The notes: a model not told the origin generated them from the letters alone. A stretch of 64,000 bases of DNA from an uncultured Parasphingorhabdus sp. (GCA_951813595.1 CATOTQ010000003.1:10860-74859); one strand, 5' to 3'. Counted from the stretch's first letter, positions 45,389 to 55,090 are shown. Translations and numbers: made by a program.

Positions 45389-46198
45389 ATGGTCGAAGCG
45401 CCGGAATTGAACTGTGTCAGTCTGGAATGGCAGGATGATATTGCTGTTCTGTCGCTCAACCGGCCCGAAGCGCTCAATGCGATGTCGCTGGATTTGCTCA
45501 ACGATATCAATCTCGCGCTGGACGAGGTCGCCGTTCGCAAGCCCCATGCAAGAGCGCTCGTGATTACCGGAGAGGGCAAAGCCTTTTGTGCAGGTGGCGA
45601 TATTTCGGTGCACAGCAACAAACCAGATGATGCACCACCAATTGATCTGGCCGATGTGATGCGCCGTTATTTCAATCCGCTACTGCTACGCCTCACAAAT
45701 TTGCCGCTTCCTGTGGTGATAGCGGTCAACGGAGCTGCAGCGGGAGCTGGGCTCCCTTTCTCTCTATTCGGTGATGTTGTGGTAGCAGGAGAATCGGCGC
45801 GCTTCAGTTCCGGCTTTTCGCAAATTGCGCTGATGCCGGATATGGGGCTGACATGGTTACTGCCGCGACTGATCGGCCGCGCGCGTGCGCATCGGATATT
45901 GTTGCTGGATGAGCGTGTGACGGGAGAGCAAGCCGCTGAATGGGGCATGATCCACGAATGTGTACCAGACAAGGATTTGCGTGAGCAGGCTTTGAAGATT
46001 GCAAGAAAGCTCGCGAGGGGATCAATCACTGCTTTGGTCGCAACGCGCAAGGCAACGTTATTTTCCATGGGCGATAGCCTGTCCGCCAGCATAGAAAAGG
46101 AAGCAGACTATCAGCGCGCTCTCGGCTTTGCCGGAGATTTTCAGGAAGGCATAGCCGCATTTTTCGAGAAGCGTCGGCCTAAATTCACCGACAGCTAA
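45389..46198 (+). CDS. enoyl-CoA hydratase/isomerase (crotonase)
   Basis: RPEALNAM, ITGEGKAFCAGGDI, AVNGAAAGAGL. ATG 45389 is preferred over TTG 45368. Confidence 0.85.
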   Translation: MVEAPELNCVSLEWQDDIAVLSLNRPEALNAMSLDLLNDINLALDEVAVRKPHARALVITGEGKAFCAGGDISVHSNKPDDAPPIDLADVMRRYFNPLLLRLTNLPLPVVIAVNGAAAGAGLPFSLFGDVVVAGESARFSSGFSQIALMPDMGLTWLLPRLIGRARAHRILLLDERVTGEQAAEWGMIHECVPDKDLREQALKIARKLARGSITALVATRKATLFSMGDSLSASIEKEADYQRALGFAGDFQEGIAAFFEKRRPKFTDS

Positions 46199-46227
46199 AA
46201 CGCACTGACTTAAGACGAGGTAGGGAG

Positions 46228-47040
46228 ATGGCTCAAAATAAGAATGATCCAATCAATCTGGAGGGCCGGGTAGCCATTGTCACCGGAGCCGCACAGGGCA
46301 TCGGAGAAGCCACTGCAATGCGCTTGGCTACCGCGGGCGCCAAAGTTGCGATTGTGGATTATAACGAAGACGGAGCACGCGAAGCCGCAGCCGGAATAGG
46401 TGAACAAGCGATTGCTATTCACGCCGATGTTGCGCAGCCGGACCAAATTCAATCATTCGTTGAACAGACTGCCGCCAAGTGGGGCCGCATAGACATATTG
46501 GTCAATAATGCCTCCAATGTTGCAAGCTTGGGAACCGCAGATGCCGATGTCGTATCAACCGAGCTCGATATCTGGGACCAGGTCTATGCCTGCAATTTGC
46601 GCGGGCCGGCGGCTGCGTGCAAATATGCCATTCCGCAAATGCTCAAAAACGGGTCCGGCGCAATCATCAATATCGCTTCGATCCAGGGACTTGCTGGCGA
46701 CCTTGTCCGGACGGCTTATGGCTCCACAAAGGCGGGGCTGATTATGATGAGCAAATATGTCGCAACACAATTCGGGCGCCAAGGTATTCGCTGCAACAGT
46801 GTTGCGCCCGGTATGGTCATGTCGCCATCCGCTCATGATGAAACAGTCGAACCCTTTTTGCAGATTGTGGAAAGGCATATGCTAACCGATGAGCGGGGTC
46901 GGCCGATGGACTTGGCAGAAGTGATCACGTTTCTGGCCTCCGATGCGTCACGCTATATCAATGGTCAGAATATCACGGTCGATGGCGGATTGCTCTGTCA
47001 TCAGCCCGTTTACGCAGACCTTATGCAACAACAACCCTGA
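46228..47040 (+). CDS. SDR oxidoreductase
   Basis: VTGAAQGIGEA, NNAS, YGSTKAG. Confidence 0.9.
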   Translation: MAQNKNDPINLEGRVAIVTGAAQGIGEATAMRLATAGAKVAIVDYNEDGAREAAAGIGEQAIAIHADVAQPDQIQSFVEQTAAKWGRIDILVNNASNVASLGTADADVVSTELDIWDQVYACNLRGPAAACKYAIPQMLKNGSGAIINIASIQGLAGDLVRTAYGSTKAGLIMMSKYVATQFGRQGIRCNSVAPGMVMSPSAHDETVEPFLQIVERHMLTDERGRPMDLAEVITFLASDASRYINGQNITVDGGLLCHQPVYADLMQQQP

Positions 47041-47088
47041 CCATTTCTCGCTGTTGAGCAGCCACCAATTTTTCGAAGGAAATAGAAA

Positions 47089-48306
47089 ATGAATGCCATA
47101 ACCGAACTGGACCTCCCTGAACTCGACATTCAATCGCAGGAATTCGCCGACGATCCTTACGCCTTTTATGGACCAGCGCGTGAACAGCACTGGCTGGCCA
47201 AGGCACCCGCTGGATACGCCGTGCTGGGCTTTGAAGAGATGAAAGAGCTGCTCGCGATGGACGATGTTCTTTCCACGCCCAACCAGATGATTACCCAGTT
47301 GATGGGAGCGGAGGGAACGAGCTGGGGCGAGTGGAACAATAATTTCCTGCTTGCCGAATCTGGCGATGATCACAAACGTATTCGCGGATTGGTAGCGCCT
47401 GCTTTCACTCCGCGCAGTGCAAATTTGCAGCGCCCCGCTGCGCGCGAGGAAATAATCAAATTACTCGATGAATGGGCACCCAAGGGCCGCTTCGATTTTC
47501 AGGAGTTCGCCTCGTGGTTTCCGATCACCGTTATGTGCCGCCTGATCGGTGCACCGACCGGGCCGGTTGCTCAAATTAAACACTCGCTCGAGGTGCAAGG
47601 TGCGGGGTTCAGCCTGGACCCATCCATCCTTCCGGCGTTGAACGAGGCGATCGACTTTATGTGGGACTATACTCATGATCTGCTGGAGCAACGCCGCGCC
47701 AAGGAGCCGCCAGTCGAGGAAGACCGGGATCTGCTCGACGACCTGCTCGATGCCGCTGATCAGGAAGGCGGCCTCAGCGAACGGGAGCTGCATTATCTGA
47801 TCATGCTCCTTTTTGGCGGCGGTTATGATACTTCGAAAAATCTGCTCACCATGATCATGTATTTTATGCTCGACCGGCCGGAAATCTGGGAGAGGCTGGC
47901 CAATGATGCGGACTATGCCAAAAAGGTGATCGAAGAAACCTTGCGTTTCACCAATGTGGTAACGACCTTTCGTGTGGCAAAGCAGGATGTAAATTATAAG
48001 GATGTCCTGATACCTGCGGGAACCCCGCTGATATTTCCTATCCCTCTTGCGGGTAGGGATCCTTCGATTTTTGCCGAAGCAGATTCTTTTGACCCTGATC
48101 GCAAAGCTGAGCAACGCCATATTGCCTTTGGCCGCGGTATCCATCTGTGTCTGGGTCAATTTCTCGCCCGTATGCAGATTGAAGAAGCACTGCCATTGAT
48201 CGCGCGGCGCCTCAAAAACCCGCGGCTGGACGGGGACATCGAATGGCGACCTTTCCCTGGCGTCTGGGGGCTCAAATCATTGCCGATTGCGTTTGAAGTT
48301 GAATAG
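47089..48306 (+). CDS. cytochrome P450 (family A, 405 aa)
   Basis: LFGGGYDTSKN, EETLRF, HIAFGRGIHLCLGQFLA. Confidence 0.9.
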   Translation: MNAITELDLPELDIQSQEFADDPYAFYGPAREQHWLAKAPAGYAVLGFEEMKELLAMDDVLSTPNQMITQLMGAEGTSWGEWNNNFLLAESGDDHKRIRGLVAPAFTPRSANLQRPAAREEIIKLLDEWAPKGRFDFQEFASWFPITVMCRLIGAPTGPVAQIKHSLEVQGAGFSLDPSILPALNEAIDFMWDYTHDLLEQRRAKEPPVEEDRDLLDDLLDAADQEGGLSERELHYLIMLLFGGGYDTSKNLLTMIMYFMLDRPEIWERLANDADYAKKVIEETLRFTNVVTTFRVAKQDVNYKDVLIPAGTPLIFPIPLAGRDPSIFAEADSFDPDRKAEQRHIAFGRGIHLCLGQFLARMQIEEALPLIARRLKNPRLDGDIEWRPFPGVWGLKSLPIAFEVE

Positions 48307-48499
48307 TTGATGCTCTGGCAGCGGTTCAGGAGCCCAACGTTCAAAAGGACGGTTGAAGCAAGAGATGTCCATGCCACCAAGTTTGCGCTGCAGTCTTGTG
48401 ACCGGACGTGTTATCCAAAGATCGATGTGTGCGTTTCGAGCGACGTATGAGCCGCGATGGCCATGAGTGACCTTTGTCGTCTGAAATACTACGATTTGG

Positions 48500-49051
48500 T
48501 TAGAAATTCCGATCCCACAAATTGTCAAAGCATAGTTTTTCAACTGCTACGTCGTCACGGTCCGATTGTGAGGGGCTTAAAAGAGCACTCCACTGGTAGG
48601 TAATTTCTTGGCGTAAAAATTTAATCTTATCATCGCATTTTCCCAAAATGCTTAGATAAGATTTTCCAATGAAAACCCCATAATCTGCATTCTGGTTTGG
48701 GATATCAGGGAAGAGTGATGGGCACTCTTTTGATATGATAAACTGCGCGAAAATGTCAAAACGAACCGCCGCTTCCATGCCAGCAACACTGATTTTGGGA
48801 TTGTTCAACCAGCGCGAAGATTTGAGTGAAAATTTGTTCAGTTTTACGTTTTCGGCATTATTGCTATAGTAATTTTCGGCCGAAACGGGCATGTTTTCTC
48901 CATCGCCAAGAACCAGCGCGTTCTTATCAAAAAAGTCGTGAAACTGCTGCATCGGACATGCCTGGTCTATCCATCGGACAAATCGTTCCAGCATGTTTTC
49001 GATTTCAGCACTGCCAATATCTGTTGAAACTCCAGAACCAGCGTCAACCAT
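48500..49051 (-). CDS. hypothetical protein (AT-rich gene, translationally coupled to the CoA-transferase)
   Basis: Its start overlaps the upstream stop (TGATG). 183 aa with no motif recognised; possibly NTF2-like. Confidence 0.5.
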   Translation of the reverse strand: MVDAGSGVSTDIGSAEIENMLERFVRWIDQACPMQQFHDFFDKNALVLGDGENMPVSAENYYSNNAENVKLNKFSLKSSRWLNNPKISVAGMEAAVRFDIFAQFIISKECPSLFPDIPNQNADYGVFIGKSYLSILGKCDDKIKFLRQEITYQWSALLSPSQSDRDDVAVEKLCFDNLWDRNF

Positions 49052-50229
49052 CAGTTGCCTCGGTCGTTTTGGTATGACTTTCTGATTTCGTCATTATGCT
49101 GGCCCAATATTGGCGCGCCCTCAGGTTCGGGCACTTCCCAGTCGGAAAAACGGCTTGCCTCGCGCATCTCGTGAATGGACCCTTCTGTTGGATGTTCGCG
49201 CTTCTGGAAAAACCCGGTCTCGGCGAGATGCGGGTCGTCCAATATATCATCTATGTCGCGTACAGGCATACAGGGGATCCGGGCGCCCCTGAAAATTTCT
49301 ATCCACTCATCCGTGGTTTTGGACGGCGTTTTCTCCGCCACACCCTGATACATCAAATGAATATTTATCATCCTGTTGCGCGGGCTGTTGAAACGTTCAT
49401 CATCCAGAAATTCCGGCGCGCCGATTGCATTGTACAGCGTGATCCAGCTTTCATCAGTATAGGGAACGATTGTGATATAACCGTCCTTGGTGGGGAAAGG
49501 CTGGCGGTCGGGATCCACTTGACGCGAGTAGCAAAGCGAGCCAACCGGTGGATCATAGGTCTTGCCGGCCATATGCTCCTTCAACATGAAATGAGCGAAG
49601 GCTTCGAACATCGGGACTTCAACATATTGGCCGCGCCCGGTCCGCAACTTATGAATGATGGCTGCCATGGTCGCATATGCACCGTGCAGTCCTGCCACTT
49701 TGTCGGCAATTAACGAGGGAATAAACCGCGGCTGTGGATCGCCATCGACGCGCGAAGCAAGACTTGTGGTGCCGGTCGCTGCCTGAATAACATCATCATA
49801 AGCCTGCAAATCGGAGTAAGGCCCGCCCGAACCGAACCCTACACAGTGGATGTAGATCAGCTGTTCGTTGAGTTTTTTCATGGCTTCATAGTCAAAGCCC
49901 AACCGCTCAATCGCTTGCCCACGAATATTGTGAACGAAGATATCTGCATCTGCGATAAGACCGCGCATTGTGGCCGCATCGTCCGGATCCTTCAGATCAA
50001 GGACAACCGATTTTTTGCCCCGGTTTAGTGTCAGATGCCCGGGGCTCATCGCGCGCGATTTTGCTGGTTTACCTGAATAGCGAAAGCTGTCGCCGATCTT
50101 GGGTTCGACCTTGATCACTTCCGCGCCCAGATCAGATAGGATTTGTGTAGCATAGGGGCCAAAGACCACGCTGGTCAGGTCAACAACCTTAATGCCCGTA
50201 AGCATGGGCATGTTATCTTCAACGGGCAA
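49051..50229 (-). CDS. family III CoA-transferase (CaiB/BaiF/Frc type)
   Basis: LTGIKVVDLTSVVFGPYATQILSDLGAEVIKVEP is the hallmark N-terminus. Confidence 0.9.
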   Translation of the reverse strand: MPVEDNMPMLTGIKVVDLTSVVFGPYATQILSDLGAEVIKVEPKIGDSFRYSGKPAKSRAMSPGHLTLNRGKKSVVLDLKDPDDAATMRGLIADADIFVHNIRGQAIERLGFDYEAMKKLNEQLIYIHCVGFGSGGPYSDLQAYDDVIQAATGTTSLASRVDGDPQPRFIPSLIADKVAGLHGAYATMAAIIHKLRTGRGQYVEVPMFEAFAHFMLKEHMAGKTYDPPVGSLCYSRQVDPDRQPFPTKDGYITIVPYTDESWITLYNAIGAPEFLDDERFNSPRNRMINIHLMYQGVAEKTPSKTTDEWIEIFRGARIPCMPVRDIDDILDDPHLAETGFFQKREHPTEGSIHEMREASRFSDWEVPEPEGAPILGQHNDEIRKSYQNDRGN

Positions 50230-51763
50230 TTTCCATCTCCTTTAAGAAATTTCGTCCATTTTCATGGTGGATTGTGACCTGCTGGCCCAATGGATCCGAG
50301 CCTTCGACCATCGCCACGAGGGTTTCATGACTTTCTTTGTGCACTTGCGCCAACACGCGTCCTTCCGGTGTGTTCACGATTACAGTTCCGCGTTCGGGAC
50401 CATGGCGGCCATGAACAATAGTATAGCTTTCGATTTCGCCTTCGGTGTCGCCGCTGAAAAGCGAAACTTCCGGACCGTCATCGACCTCTTTTTGAATGGC
50501 TTCGGAGGAAACCGGTGCCCAGTTTTCCATCGGTTTTGCAGAATATATGCCAGCGGTAAATTTCGACATGAAGCCGCCATTGGCTAGGATCAGTCCGGTA
50601 TTGTCAGGGTTTTCACGGAGAATTTCCACCATGGATGCAATCGCATGCGTGGAATAATTGTTTCCGGGCCCACCGAAGAACGGCAAACCTCCAGTAACAG
50701 TCAGGCCCTTTTTGCGCCAGTCAATGCCAAGCGCTTCGGCTGCGATCTGCACCACACAAGGAAAGCAGCTATAGATATCGAAGTGGTCGATTTCATTTGC
50801 GCTCATATTCGATTTTGCAAGCGTCTGTTTCAAGACGACTTCCATGGCATGCGAACGCGACAAATCGGGACGTTCGGTTGGCATCCGGTCATATGCTTTG
50901 GCGTAGCCATGGAGGTAAACCCACTTGTTTTCTGGCACCCCGGCCGCGCGTGCGTTCCCTACTGTTGTCAGGATTAGCGCTGCGCCCTGATTGACTGATT
51001 CCTGCGCCACATGCCATTTCAGATGCGGCTCGGAAATCGGGAAATTTTCCTTCGACAGTGTTGCAAGGAATTCCGCCGACCTTTCTGTCGGAAACTGGGC
51101 ATTGGGATTTTGTGCCGCGATTTTTGAGAAACCGGCCCAAAGTTCTGAAATCAATTCGCGATATTCGTCGCGACCAAGACCAAGGCGCCTGCGAATTGCC
51201 TGCTCAAAGATCGGATAGGTCTGGGTTGGAAAGCCAAGGCCGTTTTTCATTTCATGGTTTGACAAAGTCATCAAACCAAAGCCGCGGTCCTCCATCTCGC
51301 CCTCGGCGCTATCTGACCAGTCGAGCTTGATACGCTTCTTTAGTGCTGTCTTTACCGTTGCCGTTGCCTCGGCACCGCAGATAAGTGCGGCTTTTATCTC
51401 ACCCTTGTAGAGCTGCTCGGCAAATTCATTGACGAGCGCCTGCGGTTGTTCACCGCCGGCTTGCGAGTAAAAAGCATGCTTGGGATTGAAGCCCAGATCG
51501 CGCGCGATCGTACGAGGTGGGTTTTCACATCGCCCAAAGGGTGTTTGGAGTGATGGCACACTATCCTGCATTGTTTTGATGACTGCCACGGTGTCGACCA
51601 ATTGTCCGATTTTGCTACTTTCGGTGTCCGTCAGCGCGCGCCGCGCCGCCTCGGTGCATAGAGACATTGGGCTAGGTGCCTCCTCATTGCTTTCCCCGTC
51701 CCAATTGTACAGAGCTTGGCCGACGCCGATAACGATTGGTGAAGAATCGAGAATTTTTATCAT
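50219..51763 (-). CDS. thiolase-fold (SCP2-thiolase-like) protein with a C-terminal OB/DUF35-like extension
   Basis: HFDIYSCFPCV and GGLPFFGGPGNNYSTHAI resemble the C-terminal motifs of SCP2-type thiolases. No N-terminal Cys-nucleophile motif was recognised. The last ~100 aa resemble a DUF35 OB fold. Confidence 0.6.
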   Translation of the reverse strand: MIKILDSSPIVIGVGQALYNWDGESNEEAPSPMSLCTEAARRALTDTESSKIGQLVDTVAVIKTMQDSVPSLQTPFGRCENPPRTIARDLGFNPKHAFYSQAGGEQPQALVNEFAEQLYKGEIKAALICGAEATATVKTALKKRIKLDWSDSAEGEMEDRGFGLMTLSNHEMKNGLGFPTQTYPIFEQAIRRRLGLGRDEYRELISELWAGFSKIAAQNPNAQFPTERSAEFLATLSKENFPISEPHLKWHVAQESVNQGAALILTTVGNARAAGVPENKWVYLHGYAKAYDRMPTERPDLSRSHAMEVVLKQTLAKSNMSANEIDHFDIYSCFPCVVQIAAEALGIDWRKKGLTVTGGLPFFGGPGNNYSTHAIASMVEILRENPDNTGLILANGGFMSKFTAGIYSAKPMENWAPVSSEAIQKEVDDGPEVSLFSGDTEGEIESYTIVHGRHGPERGTVIVNTPEGRVLAQVHKESHETLVAMVEGSDPLGQQVTIHHENGRNFLKEMEIAR

Positions 51764-51803
51764 TGCAATCTCATTATTGATTGGTTAGTTAATTATTGCA
51801 ATG
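51761..51803. promoter_or_regulatory. inverted repeat CATTGCAAT-N25-ATTGCAATG in the divergent thiolase / ferredoxin promoter region
   Basis: Read directly. The left arm overlaps the thiolase-like gene start codon. Confidence 0.35.
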
Positions 51804-51947
51804 TTTTTGAACAGGTGCAAGCCTGAACGGAGTTAAATTTGGACCCTTGATGGGCAGTGACCATCAATGGCTGTAGCTGGAAGTAACAAATGGCGATTTG
51901 AATTTGCGAAACCGCATGAGTAGAAAATTAGAGGAGTATTGGGGTTC

Positions 51948-52262
51948 ATGCCAAAAGTGACGTTTGTCGAGCCTTCGGGTACGAAACATGAGATTGACGC
52001 TGATACGGGACACTCGTTAATGGAAGTTGCCGTGGCCAATGACATTCCCGGAATTGAGGCCGACTGCGGAGGTTCCTGCGCCTGTGCAACCTGTCATGTC
52101 TTCATTGATGAGGCCTGGCGCGAAAAAACCGGCGATATGGATGATATGGAAGATGAGATGCTGGATGTTGCCGAAAACCGGGACGACAGTTCTCGACTGT
52201 CCTGTCAGATTCCCCTAACAGATGATCTGGACGGTCTGGTCGTTCGCGTCGCGGAGGGTTGA
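51948..52262 (+). CDS. [2Fe-2S] ferredoxin, adrenodoxin/putidaredoxin type
   Basis: MPKVTFVEPSGT...EADCGGSCACATCHV...LSCQI (Cx5Cx2C...C). GAGGAG RBS. Confidence 0.9.
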   Translation: MPKVTFVEPSGTKHEIDADTGHSLMEVAVANDIPGIEADCGGSCACATCHVFIDEAWREKTGDMDDMEDEMLDVAENRDDSSRLSCQIPLTDDLDGLVVRVAEG

Positions 52263-53008
52263 CTCGCCACTCCAAGATTATGCGAGAGCAGGAAATTAAT
52301 ATGCGGCTGGCTGCCGCTATTGCAGATCAGGGCATAGCCGTTGACTGCGACTGGCGTATCGAGTTGCCCGAGTTGAAATTGCAGCGTGAGCTCCGGCATT
52401 ATTATAATTTGCGCAATGGTGAGCCGCACGCTCCCCACGTCTGGCTCTGGACCAATCTGCAATGCCTGGTGGCGACGCGGCGGCATGCCCGTAACGACAA
52501 GTTTGATGAGGCCGGCCTCAAAATGCTGGAACTCGGCTCGCCGGTTGTGGTCCGCCGATCGGGCGGGACGGTCGTTCCCCACGGGCCGGGGATTCTTAAT
52601 CTCAGCCTGTTCCACGTCACCAATACGGCGAAAATCGAAACAGGATATCAGCCTCTTATCGAGCTGCTTATCAATGCACTGAATGCCCTCGGTTTGAAAG
52701 CAAACTGTGGATCGTGCCCCGGATCATTTTGTGATGGTACTTACAATTTGCTTGTTGGTGGCAGGAAGGTTGCAGGCACCGCAGCCATGTTGAAACGGCG
52801 GGGCGGGCTGTCCTATTGGCTGGCTCATGCAACAATCATGGTCGATGCGGATATTGAGCAAGCTGTGGGTGCTGTTGCGAAATTTGAACAACATCTAGGA
52901 CTCAGGTCCAATTATCAGATCGAAAGACATACAAGCCTTGCAGAACATCTGGATAATCCGGGTGACCAACAAAATGTTCCAAACCCGGCAGAGGCGTTGG
53001 CAGTATGA
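52259..53008 (+). CDS. lipoate-protein ligase / octanoyltransferase-family (BPL_LplA_LipB) protein
   Basis: VVRRSGGTVVPHGPGILNLSLF and NLLVGGRKVAGTAAML fit the LplA/LipB catalytic-domain pattern. The start is uncertain (52259 TTG, 52280 or 52301 ATG). Confidence 0.65.
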   Translation: MTRHSKIMREQEINMRLAAAIADQGIAVDCDWRIELPELKLQRELRHYYNLRNGEPHAPHVWLWTNLQCLVATRRHARNDKFDEAGLKMLELGSPVVVRRSGGTVVPHGPGILNLSLFHVTNTAKIETGYQPLIELLINALNALGLKANCGSCPGSFCDGTYNLLVGGRKVAGTAAMLKRRGGLSYWLAHATIMVDADIEQAVGAVAKFEQHLGLRSNYQIERHTSLAEHLDNPGDQQNVPNPAEALAV

Positions 53009-53017
53009 ATCAGAAAA

Positions 53018-53815
53018 GTGAAGGTCACCATGACAGATAGTTCCACCGCATATAGTTTCGACCTTTACGGCAAGCGTATTTTAGTGACCGGAGCTTCATC
53101 GGGTATCGGGGCTGAACTCGCACGAGCAATATGCCAAAATGGCGGGGCGGTTGCACTTGCCGCGCGGCGCAAGGACCGGCTGGAGGCATTGCAGAAAGAG
53201 CTGCAGGATGCCGGCGGCAATGCGACTGTTGTCGAAATGGACGTGACCGATGAAGCATCGACCAAAGCAGCCTTTGACGCCGCCGAAGCGGCGCTGGGTG
53301 ATATTGATGGACTGGTTGCCAACGCCGGCGTCGATTCCACCAGCTTCGTGAGCGATATGGAAGTAGAAGAATTTGACCGCGCCATTGCCGCCAATTTGCG
53401 CGGCGTATACCTGTCGGTTCGGGAAGCCGGACGGCGGATGATGGCCAGTGGCGTTGCCGAAAGCGGGCGGGGCAGGGTGATCATCAACGCATCCTTTACA
53501 GCCAGCAATGTTTTCTCGGGATTGTCAGCTTATTCCGCATCAAAAGCGGGCGCTTTGCAATTTGGCCGGGTTACCGCGCGTGAATGGGCGCGGAGGGGAA
53601 TCAACGTCAATATTATCTGCCCGGGTTATCTGCATTCGGAAATGACTAGCGGCCTTGACGGGACAGAAGGCGGCGATAAATTTTTGGCTAAATTCCCAAG
53701 GCGCAGATTGATGGATCATGATGCGCTTAACCCCGTCCTGATCTATCTGCTGTCCGATGCTTCGCAATTTGTGACAGGGTCGGTATTCCAGATTGATGAT
53801 GGGCAATCGCTATAG
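53018..53815 (+). CDS. SDR oxidoreductase
   Basis: VTGASSGIGAE, ANAG, YSASKAG. Confidence 0.9.
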   Translation: MKVTMTDSSTAYSFDLYGKRILVTGASSGIGAELARAICQNGGAVALAARRKDRLEALQKELQDAGGNATVVEMDVTDEASTKAAFDAAEAALGDIDGLVANAGVDSTSFVSDMEVEEFDRAIAANLRGVYLSVREAGRRMMASGVAESGRGRVIINASFTASNVFSGLSAYSASKAGALQFGRVTAREWARRGINVNIICPGYLHSEMTSGLDGTEGGDKFLAKFPRRRLMDHDALNPVLIYLLSDASQFVTGSVFQIDDGQSL

Positions 53816-53847
53816 GGCTGATTTTCAAGCGCAAAGGACAGTGAGGA

Positions 53848-54303
53848 ATGAGCGATGATGACGGGAGTAGCAAGGTGCCGGACGAGATTCCTGAAGGATT
53901 TGTGCTTTCCCGGTTTCGAAGCAAATTTCTGGATGCGGCAGGGCCCATTTATGTAAAGCAGGATGGCGATAGCCAGTTAGTCGGCATTCGCGTTAAGAAG
54001 GGGCAGACCAATCACGTGCGTACCGCCCATGGCGGCGTATTGGCGACATTGGCCGATGTTGCTCTTAGCCTTCTAGTGCATGAAAGTGCCGATCCTCCAC
54101 TCCCCGTCGTAACGCTTAGTCTGACCACCAATTATCTAGCCGGGGCCAGATTGGGAGAATGGGTCGAGGCGCGCGCCAAAATTGACCGAATAAGCAAGAA
54201 ATTTGCCTATTGCAGTGGCAAATTTTGGTCTGATGATCGACTGGTGATGACGGCAACCGGGGTGTTCAGTGTGGTTCGTCAAACAAGGGATAGGAAGGGC
54301 TAA
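53848..54303 (+). CDS. PaaI-type hotdog-fold acyl-CoA thioesterase
   Basis: NHVRTAHGGVLATLADVALS motif, ~150 aa. Confidence 0.8.
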   Translation: MSDDDGSSKVPDEIPEGFVLSRFRSKFLDAAGPIYVKQDGDSQLVGIRVKKGQTNHVRTAHGGVLATLADVALSLLVHESADPPLPVVTLSLTTNYLAGARLGEWVEARAKIDRISKKFAYCSGKFWSDDRLVMTATGVFSVVRQTRDRKG

Positions 54304-54304
54304 T

Positions 54305-55090
54305 ATGGAAAAAATCTCCACCCGGACTACGGGCAACATCAGAATCATCCAATATGACAACCCGCCGCGCCGCTATTTGACGGCAAAGGGTTCCTATCTG
54401 CTGTGGAAAGCTGTGGAGGAAGCTGTCGATGATGAGAGCGTGCGTGCGGTAATCCTGACCGGCACGGATGATGTCTTTATCCGTCACTATGATGTCAGCG
54501 AAATCATAAAGACGGGTGAAGCGCTGGCGTCCGGCGCTGTCAAGGAATCGGACTTTGATAAAGCACCATTTTCTACATTGACCAATCTGATAGAGAGCGC
54601 ACCCAAACCCGTAATCGCCGCTATCAATGGCATCTGCATGGGCGGCGGATTTGAACTGGCACTCGCCTGCGACATTCGCGTGGCAAGCGCATCGACCCAG
54701 CAGATTGGTTTGCCCGAAACGCGGCTGAATATCTTGCCGGGCGGCGGCGGGACGCAGCGCCTGCCGAGATTGATCGGAGAAGCAGCGGCGTTGAATCTGA
54801 TTCTGCGCGGCACCGTTATGGATGCCCGGCAAGCCGCAATAATGGGGCTTGTGCATGAAGTCGCAAAAGATGCGCTAATTCGCGCCGAAGAGATTGCTGC
54901 GGAACTATCTGAGAGAAATGCTGCCAGTCTGGCTGCGGCCAAAGGGTTGGTGCGGGGGGCGACGTCCCGCTCGCTAAAAGATGGCCTTCAAGAGGAACAG
55001 AATGCCTTCGTCAAAATTCTGGATGACGACGACGCCAAGGCCGCCATGCGCACCTTTTGTGACAGTGACGAGCAAGATATAACGGGTTGA
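54305..55090 (+). CDS. enoyl-CoA hydratase/isomerase (crotonase)
   Basis: AAINGICMGGGFELALACDIRVAS, GLPETRLNILPGGGGTQRLPRLIG. ATG 54305 lies directly after the thioesterase stop. Confidence 0.85.
   Translation: MEKISTRTTGNIRIIQYDNPPRRYLTAKGSYLLWKAVEEAVDDESVRAVILTGTDDVFIRHYDVSEIIKTGEALASGAVKESDFDKAPFSTLTNLIESAPKPVIAAINGICMGGGFELALACDIRVASASTQQIGLPETRLNILPGGGGTQRLPRLIGEAAALNLILRGTVMDARQAAIMGLVHEVAKDALIRAEEIAAELSERNAASLAAAKGLVRGATSRSLKDGLQEEQNAFVKILDDDDAKAAMRTFCDSDEQDITG

Noticed and set aside
48277-48543. 88-aa ORF in the convergent gap after P450 47089, considered as a transposase or IS remnant
   Set aside because: I could recall no DDE, HTH or other IS-family motif. It overlaps the ends of both flanking genes.
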